Assembly: GCA_951406725.2 (NCBI GenBank)
Contig: OX597826.1
Span: 65,348,001 to 65,412,000 of the forward strand
DNA: 64,000 nt
Reading direction: 5' to 3'
Source: Octopus vulgaris
Lineage: Eukaryota
The notes beneath the pieces are model-generated. The model saw nothing but the letters and a program-made list of their open reading frames with translations. It was not told the DNA's origin and searched no databases. The position numbers and the translations under genes are program-made. Each line of letters begins with the position of its first letter. Positions within the stretch are counted from its first letter, which is position 1. Below are positions 1 through 12,330 of this stretch, one piece after another.

Positions 1-168
1 CCGGCCTTGTCACTCTCTGTGTCACGCTGAATATCCCCGAGAACTACGTTAAGGGTGTACGTGTCTGTGGAGTGCTCAGCCACTTGCACGTTAATTTCAC
101 GAGCAGGCTGTTCCATTGATTCGGATCAACCGGAGCCCTCGTCGTCGTAACCGACGGAGTGCTTCCAA
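1..168 (+). mobile_element. 3' part of a SINE-like dispersed repeat
   Basis: GC-rich island ending at an A-run against an AT-rich flank. Resemblance to octopus SINE tails is from memory only. Confidence 0.4.
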
Positions 169-879
169 AAATTAACTTTATATATTAAGATATATTTGCA
201 TGTATGTATTTACATTTATTTTTCTGTGTTGCTTGAGAATATGTATTGTAAATATGGTTATTTGCATATCATTTTTGGATCTTGTATTTTTAATTGGATA
301 ACATTTTATTGTTCTCATCTGTAAACAGAGAGAAATGTAAATATCTTATGATCAGAAGACTTTAACTGAGTTTGAACTTAGTGTAACATCATTCAATAAC
401 TTTAACTTAGAGCAAATTGTGCATGTTATATCAATAGACCAGAGAAAATATATATTATTAGTTAAAGGGCTGTTTATGAAACTATATTTTTCAAGTTTTG
501 GTTCAAGAAATATGCAAGAAATATGCAAATGTATTTCTTGCATATTTTAAAGTCTGTCTTGGACTTCAAGTTACATTTTTGGATTTTCAAGACACTGATA
601 CTGGAAATACAAGACTTCTCCCATCCTAATTGAGAGACCAGTCCATTGTTGGGTTAAACATTTGGTACAACTCGTACTTACTTTCAGCTGGGTGAACTGG
701 AATGACATGAGATGAAGTGTTTTACTGAAGGCACAATATATTACCCAGTCCAAGACTTGAACCCACAACTTAATGATCATGATCCCAACAACCTGGCCAC
801 AAGGTCACTCACCTTCATCTCCATATTTCAAGAAAGTGAAAAAAAACAATGGTGATAACATATTTTCTTTTGTGACTAG

Positions 880-990
880 GTGTTGGCTGACCGTGTTGTT
901 ATACGTTGTTCTCTCGTGCATGGAGATTTCTTCAAAGCATGGAATATTGTTTTGCTTGGAAATGAAGAAGCAGAAACTGTAGGTCAAAAG
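880..990 (+). CDS. ARMC3: Penultimate coding exon of an ARMC3-like gene (EDR1/CTR1/ARMC3-type C-terminal domain)
   Basis: Acceptor ttttcttttgtgactag|, donor AAG|gttggt, 111 nt, phase 0. Translates VLADRVVIRCSLVHGDFFKAWNIVLLGNEEAETVGQK, matching the recalled LADRxxIxCSLVxGxxxxAWN motif of ARMC3/EDR1. Joins in frame to 3275. Confidence 0.8.
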
Positions 991-1289
991 GTTGGTTGAA
1001 AAATATTTTTCTTTTAATTGTCGATTCTGGAGGCACCTTAAATAATATTTAAGAAAAACTCTGCACTCTACTACACTAGAAATAAAACACTGAAATGAAT
1101 GAGGGTATGTCCACTTGCTAGAAATAACAGACAAAACTCCCCCAAACCATTACCTTCATATCTTAAAAAAAGAATTCATTGGATAATTTATCCTGCGGTA
1201 TAAATATTGCTGGGAAAAATTATAAGAATGGTCATGGCTGGAAGACTTTTGATCATAAGTTTGTTTAATCTGGGTTGGCCTGGAGTTAA

Positions 1290-1500
1290 ATAATCCTTTC
1301 TACTATAGTCATAAGGCCTGAAATTTTTGGAGTGGGGTTAGTTGGTTACATTGCCCCTTGTGTGGAACTGATACTTATTTTATTGATCCCAATGGGATGA
1401 AAGGTAAAGCTAACCTCAGTGAAATTAGAAGAACATAAATCAGAAGAACTGCTGCTATGCATTTTGTCCAACATGCTAACAATTCTTCTAGTTTGCCATC
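1290..1500 (-). mobile_element. Degenerate SINE remnant
   Basis: Minus strand reads gatcaataaaataagtatcag...aaatttcaggcctt...tagaaagga, a SINE core/tail-like pattern. Confidence 0.4.
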
Positions 1501-2223
1501 TTGAACTGGAGCGGAATAACAAGCAACAACACACATTTGTTTCTGTTGCAGTTTAACCCCATGCTAATCCTGACTGAGTAGACTTATGATTACAGACACT
1601 CCAGTTGTGACCACCTGGTCTTTTTTAGATGTGGTATTAGTAGTGTTATGGGCTGTGATAGAGCTATGTGGTGTTGGTGGAGGGGATTGCAGATGAGGTG
1701 GATGGAAGAAGGGCTTGCAGGGGCCGGGGAGACAGGCAGAGTGCATGCGTGGGCAGGAAGCATGTGTGGTCAGTTTGAGCAGAGATGGTGGAGCGACAAG
1801 ACATGTTTAATTCGTGAGAGGTCAACAGGTAAAGCCTTTTGTATTTCTTTCTCCCATTTGCTTCTTTTTCTGTTGTCCTTTTCCTCCATCACACTACATT
1901 AGAGATATAAGATTTCATTGTCCAATGATTCTTTTCTGATTTTGAAGATGGTGAGGTGAGATTTGAAGTAGATTAAGTTGCTTTTTTTTTTCTTTGGTCA
2001 AGTTGGCCACTTACAGGTACCATCATTGGAAGATAGTATACTATTATATTTACTTTGGTGTCCAGTCTGATTTACGAGTTTGATACCAACCTGCTTGAGA
2101 TTACTCTTGGTTATATGATGCAAGCTTTCTGTTGATCTTGATTGAAAGATTAGCTCAGAATGTAATGTCGTGGAACAAATACTGTTAGACATTTTGTCTG
2201 ATACTGCCAATGTACTACCATCT

Positions 2224-2443
2224 GAGCGTGGCCGTTGCCAGTATTACCTGACTGGCCCTCGTGCCGGTGGCACGTAAAAGCACCCACTACACTCTCAGAG
2301 TGGTTAGCATTAGGAAGGGCATCCAGCTGTAGAAACTCTGCCAGATCAGATTGGAGTCTGGTGCAACCATCTGGTTCGCCAGACCTCAGTCAAATCGTCT
2401 CACCAAAGCATGGAAAGCGGACGTTAAATGATGATGATGATGA
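2224..2443 (+). mobile_element. 3' UTR fragment of an RTE-like LINE with (GAT)n tail
   Basis: Near-identical to the 3' UTR after the RTE-like ORF (41370-41620). An inverted copy lies at 58005-58141. Confidence 0.75.
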
Positions 2444-3274
2444 TTAAGGTGTTAATGATAACAGAAATATTATACAATATCAAGGAAATGATCAGTTTTA
2501 TGGAACTTATTGCTCAAATTAGTTGCAAAGGAATCAGTAGCATATAAGATATGGGAAAATTTCCTCAGAAATGGTATTTACATGAAGACATATAGTTCAG
2601 TGCAGGCTAATATGTTAAATGTAGCAAACCAAAAATAATTTTTAATCAACTGAAATTATATTCAAGCCATATACTATTTGTAAGAAATTAAAAGTTGAAA
2701 GCTAGAATCAGTTCGGAAGGTTCACAAGTGGTATTAGATAAGTTGACCATAATTATCTAATGAAGATTAATTGGATATATAAGTATAGGGGTAGTGGGAG
2801 AGAGCAAGAAATGTTAATTGATGCTTTCCTATTATCGACAGCTAATTGTTTTTATTTACTAAAGGCTTAGTAAATAAACTATTACACTTGTGAGACATGT
2901 GTAATAATTATGCGACAGGCTTTCAGAATAGCTACCACTACCTCATGGAGAAGAAAAAAGGCAAGGGGCTGGGTGATTGTTTTCTTCTGTGAAAAAACTT
3001 TTTGTCTAAAACATAATTATTTTTACATTTTTGCTCTTCAATTCTGTGCCCTTTTCTAGTATATTTTTACTGGTTCCTTTTCCCATGAAGTAGTGATGGC
3101 AAGTCTGAAATAGTTTATTTATTGATCCTTTAGTAAATAGGAAAATAACCATTATTTGACAGATTTGCTAATAGATTTTTCAATGCTAAACTGAATATAA
3201 AAATACTGAGGGCTTTCCATAGAAATCTCCTAAAGATACCGAATGTCTAAAAGCACTGTCAATCTCATTTTCAG

Positions 3275-3382
3275 AATGATTCAAGCTCACCTCTCAAAGC
3301 TTACATTGTGGATGTCATTCATGAGCCTGGACGACTTATTCTAGTAGACACTCCAGAGGCCATCCGCTATTGTACAATGTAA
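3275..3382 (+). CDS. ARMC3: Terminal coding exon of the ARMC3-like gene
   Basis: Acceptor ctcattttcag|. Translates NDSSSPLKAYIVDVIHEPGRLILVDTPEAIRYCTM*; YIVDxxxxPGxL is the recalled ARMC3/EDR1 C-terminal motif. In phase with the 880-990 exon. Confidence 0.8.
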   Translation, partial: NDSSSPLKAYIVDVIHEPGRLILVDTPEAIRYCTM

Positions 3383-3397
3383 TCATTTTGTTTTGGA

Positions 3398-3495
3398 AAT
3401 AAAAAAGAAAAAATTGCAACTAAATACCGTAACTTCATTTATGTTGTTATTTCAATGCATATGATCTTATCTTTTAGTTTTGGTGTTTAAATAAA
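3398..3495 (+). terminator. Candidate polyadenylation signals (AATAAA at 3398 and 3490)
   Basis: Two AATAAA hexamers shortly after the ARMC3-like stop codon. The context is AT-rich, so specificity is low. Confidence 0.4.
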
Positions 3496-3644
3496 ACTTT
3501 ACTTTTAAATCACACACAAATTACCGGTTTCTTTTCGCTCTATGTGTGAAATAGTGAAGAAAATTCTCGAGTCACATGACTGAATTCAGGGCTTAAGGAG
3601 GTATCAAAAATACTTTCTCCATTGGTTAAATCTTTTTAGAAAGC

Positions 3645-3897
3645 AAGCGTGGGTGCGTGGAAAGAAGTTTGCTTCCCAACCACATGGTTCCAGGTCCAGT
3701 CTTCTACTAGAGTCTTCTATTATAGCCTTGGGCCGACTAAAACCTTGGAGGGAAACAGGAGTGGCTGTGTGGTAAGTAGCTTGTTTACCAACCACATGGT
3801 TCCGGGTTCAGTCCCACTGAATGGCACCTTGGGCAAGTGTCTTCTACTATAGCCTCAGGTCGACCAAAGCCTTGTGAGTGGATTTGGTAGACGGAAC
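3645..3897 (+). mobile_element. Two tandem tRNA-derived SINE heads
   Basis: A-box-like tggctgtgtggt and B-box-like ggttcagtccc. Same family as 30231, 38652 and 50092. Confidence 0.75.
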
Positions 3898-3969
3898 CGT
3901 TCGGCAGTGGTTCAGTAAAGATGCAGATTGACCACAACTGTTATCCTACTACATCATAAGCAAATTATT

Positions 3970-4238
3970 TTTTTTCCTTCTTTCTTCAAATTTTCCATAT
4001 ACCTAGGGCAGAGAAGCTCATTGTATGCATTCCCAGATTACACACGCAAATTCACAGGTAAAATATGAATTTAAAAAATTAATAAATGAATAAATTCATG
4101 AATGGAGGTTGTTTTCACAGTGATAATGCTCTTCTCAGTACATGAGCCGTTCCAGTTAACATGATTTTTTGCACTTCTTGTAGGGATGGTAAGCCTGGTA
4201 TCATTTTCAAATAGGTTTCAGCACCTTTTTCCATTCCT
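3970..4238 (-). mobile_element. 3' fragment of R4/Dong subfamily B
   Basis: Minus strand translates GMEKGAETYLKMIPGLPSLQEVQKIMLTGTAHVLRRALSL*, homologous to the C-terminus of the main Dong ORF. Abuts (TAA)n. Confidence 0.8.
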
Positions 4239-4260
4239 TATTATTATTATTATTATTATT

Positions 4261-4806
4261 GAGTGAGAGAGCAGTTCATGCCATCAAAGTGACACTGGGG
4301 TAAAATATACGAAGCACAGTATACCCATCATGACTACCCGTCTGATAAGGGTACACCAAGCACATGCATCACAACCATATGTGCGCAACATGGTGATCTC
4401 ATATCAAGATAAACAGCACATGACCTTGCAGGTGGGGCCCAGTTAGAATTTTCTTCAGGTTGAGTAGCCCATCCCGCTCAAACGGTCCCTGAATAAGGGT
4501 TGTTTAAGGATGTTAAAAAAACCACCCATGTTTCCAGAGGTGAATTATTCAAACCCCAAAGAATCCCTCTCAACACATGGCTATGATGCTCCACCACTAC
4601 TCGTGATCAGAGATGTACATATCGTCAGCCACTAAGGGACATTCTCAACTGGTTAAGGTCAAACAACTGACAAGCAAATCTGTGGTATTGAGCAGAATAT
4701 TTGCTGTAGCTCATCTTTTATACCAAGACAAAACAATGTACATGATAACACTTCCAATCAGTTAAGATCAGAAGCCATGAGAGCCACTGCCTGGTACTGC
4801 ATCAGG
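4261..4806. mobile_element. ~550-bp non-coding element in (TAA)n, copy 1
   Basis: Flanked by TTA runs on both sides. Colinear, diverged copy at 7086-7644 with the same ends. Confidence 0.75.
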
Positions 4807-4840
4807 TATTATTATTATTATAATTATTATTATTATTATT

Positions 4841-6970
4841 CAGTAGTTTTATTTTTATTTTTATAGCGTGCTTTCACTTCACTACCGAGCGCAGCTCTGT
4901 GTGCCTTGGGTATGTGCTGTGATTTGTTGTGATGCTCTGATGGTTATTGTATGGAAAGTGTTCTGCGTAGGATGTGTGCAGTGCCTAGTAGTGCAATTTT
5001 CTGTATGTTATATGTGTTTGTAAGTCCTGGTGTTTTTGTTATGTATTTGTCTGAATATTTTTTTATCATGCCTAATGCACCTACTATGATAGGAATTGTT
5101 TCTGTTTTCAGATTCCACATTCTAATTACCTCTATTTCCAGGTCTTTGTATTTTGAGAGTTTCTCCATTTCTTTTAGAGACACGTTGTCATCTGCCGGTA
5201 CTGATACATCAATTAGAAAGCATTTTTTTCTTCATGGTCTCTGACAACTATATCTGGTCTGTTGGCCTTAATTTCTCTATCTGTGTGTATCGGCATATCT
5301 CAGAGTATGGTTGCTTTCTCGTTTTCTGTGACCTTTTCTGGTGTGTGCCTATACCATCTTTTTTCTGTTGTTATTCCATAATGTTGGCATAGCTTCCAAT
5401 GTATGTAAGTTCCAACTCTGTCATGTCTGTGAATATATTCCTTCTTAGCCAGGACTGGGCAGCTAGAGATAATATGATTTATTGTTTCTTGTCCATCTCC
5501 ACATATTCTGCAGTTACTTGTAATATTTCTTTTCATTACATGTTTTTGGTAATTTCTGGTGGGGAGGCTTTGGTCTTGTGCTGCAATTAAAAATCCCTCT
5601 GTTTCTGCTTTGAGTCCTAAGCTTCTCAACCATTGCTGGGATTTTTCTTTGTCTATTTCTTTTGCGTTTAGTTTAGTCCAGTATTTATCATGAAGGGGCT
5701 TTTCTTGCCATCGTTTTATCATGGTTCGTTGCTGTTCTATTTTTAGTTTGGATATCATTTTTTTTATAGATTTTGTTGTTTCTTCATCTTCTTCTTCTTC
5801 TTCATGTTTATTAGGTGGTATGATTTCTTGTTTGTATTTGTCAGCTTCCTTAAATACTGAGAACAGTTTTTTGTTTTGCTCGTGTTTTGCCGCTATCTGG
5901 ATCAGTTTTCCTTCCTTCTGAAGTAGATATTTTTGCAGTCCTATGGTGGTTATTTTATAGTAGTTTTCCAGCTGTATAAGGCCTCTACCACCTTCTATAC
6001 GTTGTATATATAGTCTTTCTATGTCAGATTTTGGGTGATGCATCCTAGATCCTGTCATTATTTTTCTTGTTTTCCTGTCTATTTTGGTCAGTTCATTTCG
6101 TGTCCAGTTAAGGATATTGTAGCTGTAACTTATAACTGGGACAGCTAAAGTGTTGATACCTATTATCTTGTTTTTAGCATTGAGCTCTGTGTTTAGTATT
6201 GATCTAACTCGTCTATAATATTCTTTTTTTATTTTCTCTTTCATTTGTGTGTGTTGTGTCTTATCTAGTTCATGGATTCCTAAGTATTTGTAAGTTTGGC
6301 TTTGGTCTAATTCTTTTATTTCATTTGCTTCATCTAGTGTGATGTTGTTACTCTTAACTAGTTTTCCTCTTTTCATGGTTACTTTGGCGCATTTTTCTAA
6401 TCCAAATTTCATATCTATTTCTTTGGTAAATCCATGAACTGTCTTTAATAGTGTTTCCAGCTGTTTGTCATTTGCAGCGTATAGTTTTAGGTCATCCATA
6501 TATAAAAGGTGGCTGATCGTTTTGCCGTAACATTTATATCCGCATCCAGTTCTATTTAACATATCAGATAGAGGTGACAGTGCTAAGCAGAAAAGGAGTG
6601 GAGAGAGCGTATCTCCCTGGAATATTCCTCTTCTAATGGGGATGTCTTTGGTTTTCATGAGTCCCTCTTTTGTTTGGAAGTGTAGGACTGTTTGCCATTT
6701 ATTCATAGAGTGCTCTATGAATTTTATGATTGTTGGTGCTACTTTGTTAATGGCTAGTGTTTCGAGGATCCATGTGTGGGGGATGCTATCAAACGCCTTT
6801 TTGTAGTCAATCCAGGCCATACTGAGGCCTTTCTTCTTTCTGTGGCTGTCTTCAGTTATGGCTTTATTAATCATTAGTTGATCTTTACAGCCATATGAGC
6901 CTTTGTGGCATCCTTTCTGCTCTTCTGGGAACAGTTTGTTTTCGTCCAGGTGCTTGTTCAGCCTTTGTGA
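4841..6970 (-). mobile_element. 5'-truncated R4/Dong-clade non-LTR retrotransposon (RT, CCHC knuckle, restriction-like endonuclease), inactive
   Basis: RT motifs WIDYKKAFDS, GIFQGDTLSPLLF and YMDD; knuckle CRICGDGQETINHIISSC; REL motif RPD..LIDVS. Premature TGA at 5300. (TAA)n on both flanks, the known Dong target. Confidence 0.93.
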
Positions 6971-7027
<57 letters not shown>

Positions 7028-7029
7028 CA

Positions 7030-7085
<56 letters not shown>
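6971..7085. repeat. (TAA/TTA)n microsatellite; others at ~4239, 4807, 7645, 31177, 33750, 42297, 42704, 45353, 50714, 51100, 53470
   Basis: Directly visible. Source of the poly-I/N/L ORFs in the track. Confidence 0.95.
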
Positions 7086-7644
7086 GAGTGAGAGAGCAGT
7101 GCATGCCATCAAAGTGACACTGGGGTAAAATATACGAAGCCCAGAATACCCATCATGACTACCCGTCTGATAAGGGTTCACTAGGCACATGCATCAGAAC
7201 AATATGTGCGCGACATGATGATCTCATATCAAGATAAACAGCACATGACCTTGCAGGTGGGGCCCAGTTAGAATTTTCTTATGGTCGAATAACCCATCCC
7301 GCTCAAAAGGTCCCTGAATAAGGGTTGTTTAAGGATGTTGAAAGAAACACCCATGTTCCCAGAGGTGAATTATTCAAACCTCAAAGAATCCCTCTCAACA
7401 CATGGCTATGATGCTCCCCCACTACTTCTGCTCGTGATCAGAGATGCACATATCGTCAGCCATTAAGGGACATGGTCAACTGGTTAAGGTCAAACAACTA
7501 ACAAGCAAATCTGTGGTATTGAGCAGAATGTTTGCTGTAGCCCATCTTTTTTTTTTACCAAGATAAAATAATGTACATGATAACACTTACAATCAGTTAA
7601 GATCAGAAGCCATGAGAGCCTCTGACTGGTACTGCATCAGGCCA
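7086..7644. mobile_element. ~550-bp non-coding element in (TAA)n, copy 2
   Basis: Direct repeat of 4261-4806. Confidence 0.75.
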
Positions 7645-7710
7645 TTTATTATTATTATTATCATCATCATCATCATCATCATTATCATCATCATCATCAT
7701 CATCATCATC

Positions 7711-7747
<37 letters not shown>

Positions 7748-8202
7748 TCATTATTATTGTCTAAATCTCTCCGTTAAACAATGATCACAATGAGCAGACT
7801 TCACTCGCACTATGTATATGTACAGAACTACGTACAAATGTAAGTGCACGCGTGTGTCTATGTGTGGGTACAAAGAGAACACAAGACAGATAGTTAGAGT
7901 AATACAGATTTACACATCTACATATATGTTTTGCTACGGTTTTGCCTTTGTACGTTTATTTTCATTCTTTTTTTCTTTTTTCTGTCTTCAGTTTCTTTGT
8001 CATTTTCGTCCTTACCACTCCTAAAGAATCTCGTCCTCACCACTCCACGAACAAATACTGCGTTCTAAGAATATCAGCTTCTCAGACTCAGCACCAACTG
8101 TTAGACTTTCTAAAGTAAATTTACCTGGTCAAACTATAGATTAGTTTAGTTCCATACTTATAATTAAAAACAAGATTATTATACAATATCAAGGAAATGA
8201 GC

Positions 8203-11200
8203 CTCTTTGATCTCTGTCGGCACACTCTTTGTCAAATCGTCTCACACTTGTGTCAGCACCCTCTTTGATCTCTGTCGGCACCATCTTTGATCTCTGGCGG
8301 CGCCCTCTTTGATCTCTGTCGGCACTCTCTTTTATCTCTATTGGCATCCTCTTTGATCTCTGTCGGCACTCTCTTTGATCTCTGTCGGCACGCTCTTTGA
8401 TCTCTGTGGGCACGCTCTTTGATCTCTGACGACACCCTCTTTGATCTCTGTCAGCACTCTCTTTGATCTCTGCCGGCACTCTCTTTTATCTCTGTCGGCA
8501 TCCTCTTCGATCTCTGTCGAAACTCTCTTTGATCTCTGTCGGCACGCTCTTTGATCTCTTTCGGCACCCTATTTGATCTCTGGAATGTGAAGAATGTCTG
8601 GAATGTCAGGAATGTATGGAATGTCAGGAATGTCTGGAATGTATGGAATGTCAGGAATGTCTGGAATGTATGGAATGTCAGCAACGTCTTTGATCTCTGT
8701 CGGCACTCTCTTTGATCTCTGTCGGCATCCTCTTTGATCTCTGTCGGCACTCTCTTTGATCTCTGTCGACACGCTCTTTGATCTCTGTCGGCACGCTCTT
8801 TGATGTCTGTCGGCACGCTCTTTGAACTCTGTCGGCACCCTCTTTGATCTATGTCGGCACGCCCTTAGATCTCTTTCGGCACACTATTTGATGTATGTCG
8901 GCACCCTCTTTGATCTCTGTCGGCACCCTCTTTGATCTCTGCCGGCACTCTCTTTGATCAATGTCGGAACCGTCTTTGATCTCTGGAATGTATGGAATGC
9001 CAGGAATGTCTGGAATGTCAGGAATGTCTGGAATGTAAGGAATGTCTGGAATGTCAGGGATGTCAGGAATGTCAAGAATGTATGGAATGTCAGGAATGTC
9101 AGGAATGTCTGGAATGTATGGAATGTCCGGATGTCGGCATCCTCTTTGATCTCTGTCGGCACTCTCTTTGATCTCTGCCGACACGCTCTATGATCTCTGT
9201 CGGCACGCTCTTTGATGTCTGTCGGCACTCTCTTTGATCTCTTTCAGCACGCTCTTTGATCAATGTCGGCACGCTCTTTGATCTCTGTTTGCATCACTTT
9301 GATATCTGCCGGCACTCTCTTTTATCTCCGTCGACATCCTCTTTGTTCTCTGTCGGCAAGCTCTTTGATCTCTGTCGACACGCTCTTTGATCTCTTTCGG
9401 CACCCTCTTTGATCTCCGTCGGCACCCTCTTTGATCTCTTTCAGCACGCTCTTTGATCTCCGTCGGTACCCTCTTTAATCTCATTCGGCACACTCTTTGA
9501 TCTCTGTCGGCACCCTCTTTGATCTCTGGAATATCTGGAATGTCAGGAATGTCTGGAATGTCAGGAATGTCCGGAGTGTCAGGAATGTCAGGAGAGTCAG
9601 GAATGTCAGGAATATCTGGAATGTATGGAATGTCTGGAATGTCAGGAATGTCCGGAATGTCTGGAATGTCAGGGATCTCTGGAATGTCTGGAATGTCAGC
9701 AACGTCTTTGATCTCTGTCGGCACCCTATTTGATCTCTGTCGGCACTCTCTTTGAAATCTGTCCGCAATCTCTTTGATCTCTGTCGGCACCGTCTTTGAT
9801 CTCTGTCGGCACACTCATTGATCTCAGCCGACACTCTCTTTTATCTCTGTCGGCATCCTCTTTGATCTATGTCGGCATCCTCTTTGATCTCTGGAATGTC
9901 TGGAATGTCTGGAATGTCAGGAATATCTGGAATGTCAGGAATGACAGCACCGTCTTTTATCTTCGTCGACACCCACTTTGATCTCTGTCGGCACTCTCTT
10001 TGATCTATGTCGGCATCCTCTTTGATATCTGTCGGCACCGTCTTTGATCTCTCTCGGCACTCTCTTTTGATCTCTGTCGGAACGCTCTTTGATCTCTTTC
10101 GACACCCTCTTTGATCTCTGTCGGCACTCTCTTTGATCTCTGCCGAAACTCTCTTTGATCAATGTCGGCACGCTCTTTGATCTCTGTCGGCTCTCTCTTT
10201 GATCTCTGCCGTCATTCTCTTTTATCTCTGTCGGCATCCTCTTTGATCTCTCTCGGCACACTCTTTGATCTCTTTCGGCACCCTATTCGATCTCCGTCGA
10301 CACCCTCTTTGATCTCTGTCGGCACCCTCTTTGATCTCTGGAATATCTGGAATGTCTGGTATGTGTGTAATGTCAAGAATGTCTGGAATGTCAGGAATGT
10401 CTGGAATGTCAGGAATGTCTGGAGTGTCAGGAATGTCAGGAGAGTCAGGAATGGCAGGAATGTATGGAATGTATGGAATGTCAGGAATGTCCGGAATGTC
10501 TGGAATGTCAAGGATCTCTGGAATGACTGGAATGTCAGGAATGTCAGCAACGTCTTTGATCTCTGTCGGCGCCCTATTTGATCTCTGTCGGCACTCTCTT
10601 TGAAATCTGTCCGCATTCTCTTTGATCTCTGTCGGCACCGTCTTTGATCTCTGTCGGCACACTCTTTGATCTCTGCCGGCACTCTCTTTTATCTCTGTCG
10701 GCATCCTCTTTGATCTCTCTCGGCACAATCTTTGATCTCTTTCGGCACCCTCTTCGATCTCCGTCGACACCCTGTTTGATCTCTGTCGGCACCATGTTTG
10801 ATCTCATTCGGCACCCACTTTGATATCTTTCGGCACCCTCTTTGATCTCTCGGCACCCTCTTTGATCTCTGGAATATCTGGAACGTCTGGTATGTGTGTA
10901 ATGTCAAGAATGTCTGGAATGTCAGGAATGTCTGGAATGTCAGGAATGTCTGGAGAGTCAGGAATGTCAGGAGAGTCAGGAATGGCAGGATTGTATGGAA
11001 TGTATGGAATGTCAGGAATGTCCGGAATGTCTGGAATGTCAGAGATCTCTGGAATGACTGGAATGTCAGGAATGTCAGCAACGTCTTTGATCTCTGTCGG
11101 CACCCTATTTGATCTCTGTCGGCACTCTCTTTGAAATCTGTCCACATTCTCTTCGATCTCTGTCGGCACCGTCTTTGATCTCTGTCGGCACACTCTTTGA

Positions 11201-12330
11201 TCTCAGCCGGCACTCTGTTTTATCTCTGTCGGCATCCTCTTTGATCTTTGCCGGCGCACTCTTTGAGCTCTGCCGGCACTCTCTTTTATATCTGTCGGCA
11301 TCCTCTTTGATCTCTTTCGGCACTCCCTTTTATCTCTGTCGGCACTCTCTTTGATCTCTGCGACACTCTCTTTTATCTCTGTCGGCATCCTCTTTGATCT
11401 CTCTCGGCACTCTCTTTGATCTCTTGCGGCACCCTCTTTGATATCCGCCGACACCCTCTTTGATCTATGTCAGAACCCTCTTTGATCTCTGTCTTCACCC
11501 TCTTTGATCTCTGTCGGCACCGTCTTTGATCTCTGGAATGTCTGGAATGTCAAGAATGTGTGGAATGTCAGGAATGTCAGGAATGTCTCGAATGTCAGGA
11601 ATGTCTGGAATGTATGGAATGTTAGGAATGTCCGGATGTCTGGAATGTCAGGAATGTCAGCAATGTCTTTGATCTCTGTCCGCACTCTCTTTGATCTCTG
11701 TCGGCACTCTCTTTCATCTCTGCCGGCACTCTCTTTTATCTCTGTCGGCATCCTCTTTGATCTCACTCGGCACTCTCTTTGATCTCTTTCGGCACCCTCT
11801 TTGATATCCGTCGACACCCTCTTTGATCTCTGTCGGCACCCTCTTTGATCTCTTTTGGCACCAACTTTGATCTCTGTCGGCACCCTCTATGATCTCTTTC
11901 GGCACCCTCTTTGATCTCTGTCGGCACCCTCTTTGATCTCTGGAATGTCTGGAATGTCAAGAATTCCAGATATCAAAGAGGGTGCCGACAGAGATCAAAG
12001 AGAGTGCCGAAAGAAATCAAAGAGGGTGCCGACAGATATCAAAGAGGGTGTCGACGGATATCAAAAAGGGTGCCGGCAGAGATCAAAGAGAGTGCCGAGA
12101 GAGATCAAAGAGGATGCCGACAGAGATAAAAGAGAGTGCCGGCTGAGATCAAAGAGTGTGCCGACAGAGATCAAAGAGGATGCAGACAGAGATCAAAGAG
12201 AATGCGGACAGATTTCAAAGAGAGTGCCGATAGAGATCAAATAGGGTGCCGACAGAGATCAAAGACGTTGCAAGAATGTCTGGAATGTCGGGAATGTCTG
12301 GAATGTCAGGAATGTCAGGAATTTCAGGAA
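8203..12330. repeat. Compound minisatellite: 22-bp unit CTCTTTGATCTCTGTCGGCACN alternating with blocks of 9-bp GGAATGTC(A/T), with an inverted segment at ~11963-12271
   Basis: Units directly visible. Near-identical 9-mer blocks at ~10338 and ~10869 give a higher-order period of ~530 bp. Confidence 0.95.

Noticed and set aside
331-500. Upstream ARMC3 exon
   Set aside because: Faint similarity only; no HRALLFK motif and no consistent acceptor/donor pair.
6885-7190. Poly-Ile/Asn/Leu ORFs, including the N-terminus of the 577-aa ORF
   Set aside because: These are translations of the (TAA)n microsatellite.
4261-7644. The 550-bp direct repeats as LTRs of the enclosed element
   Set aside because: The enclosed ORF is non-LTR (REL type), TAA runs separate the parts, and the other Dong copies lack these flanks.
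8203-8300. 22-mer as sequencing adapter (AGATCAAAGAG resembles AGATCGGAAGAG)
   Set aside because: Only partial similarity, and the units show structured, inherited variants.
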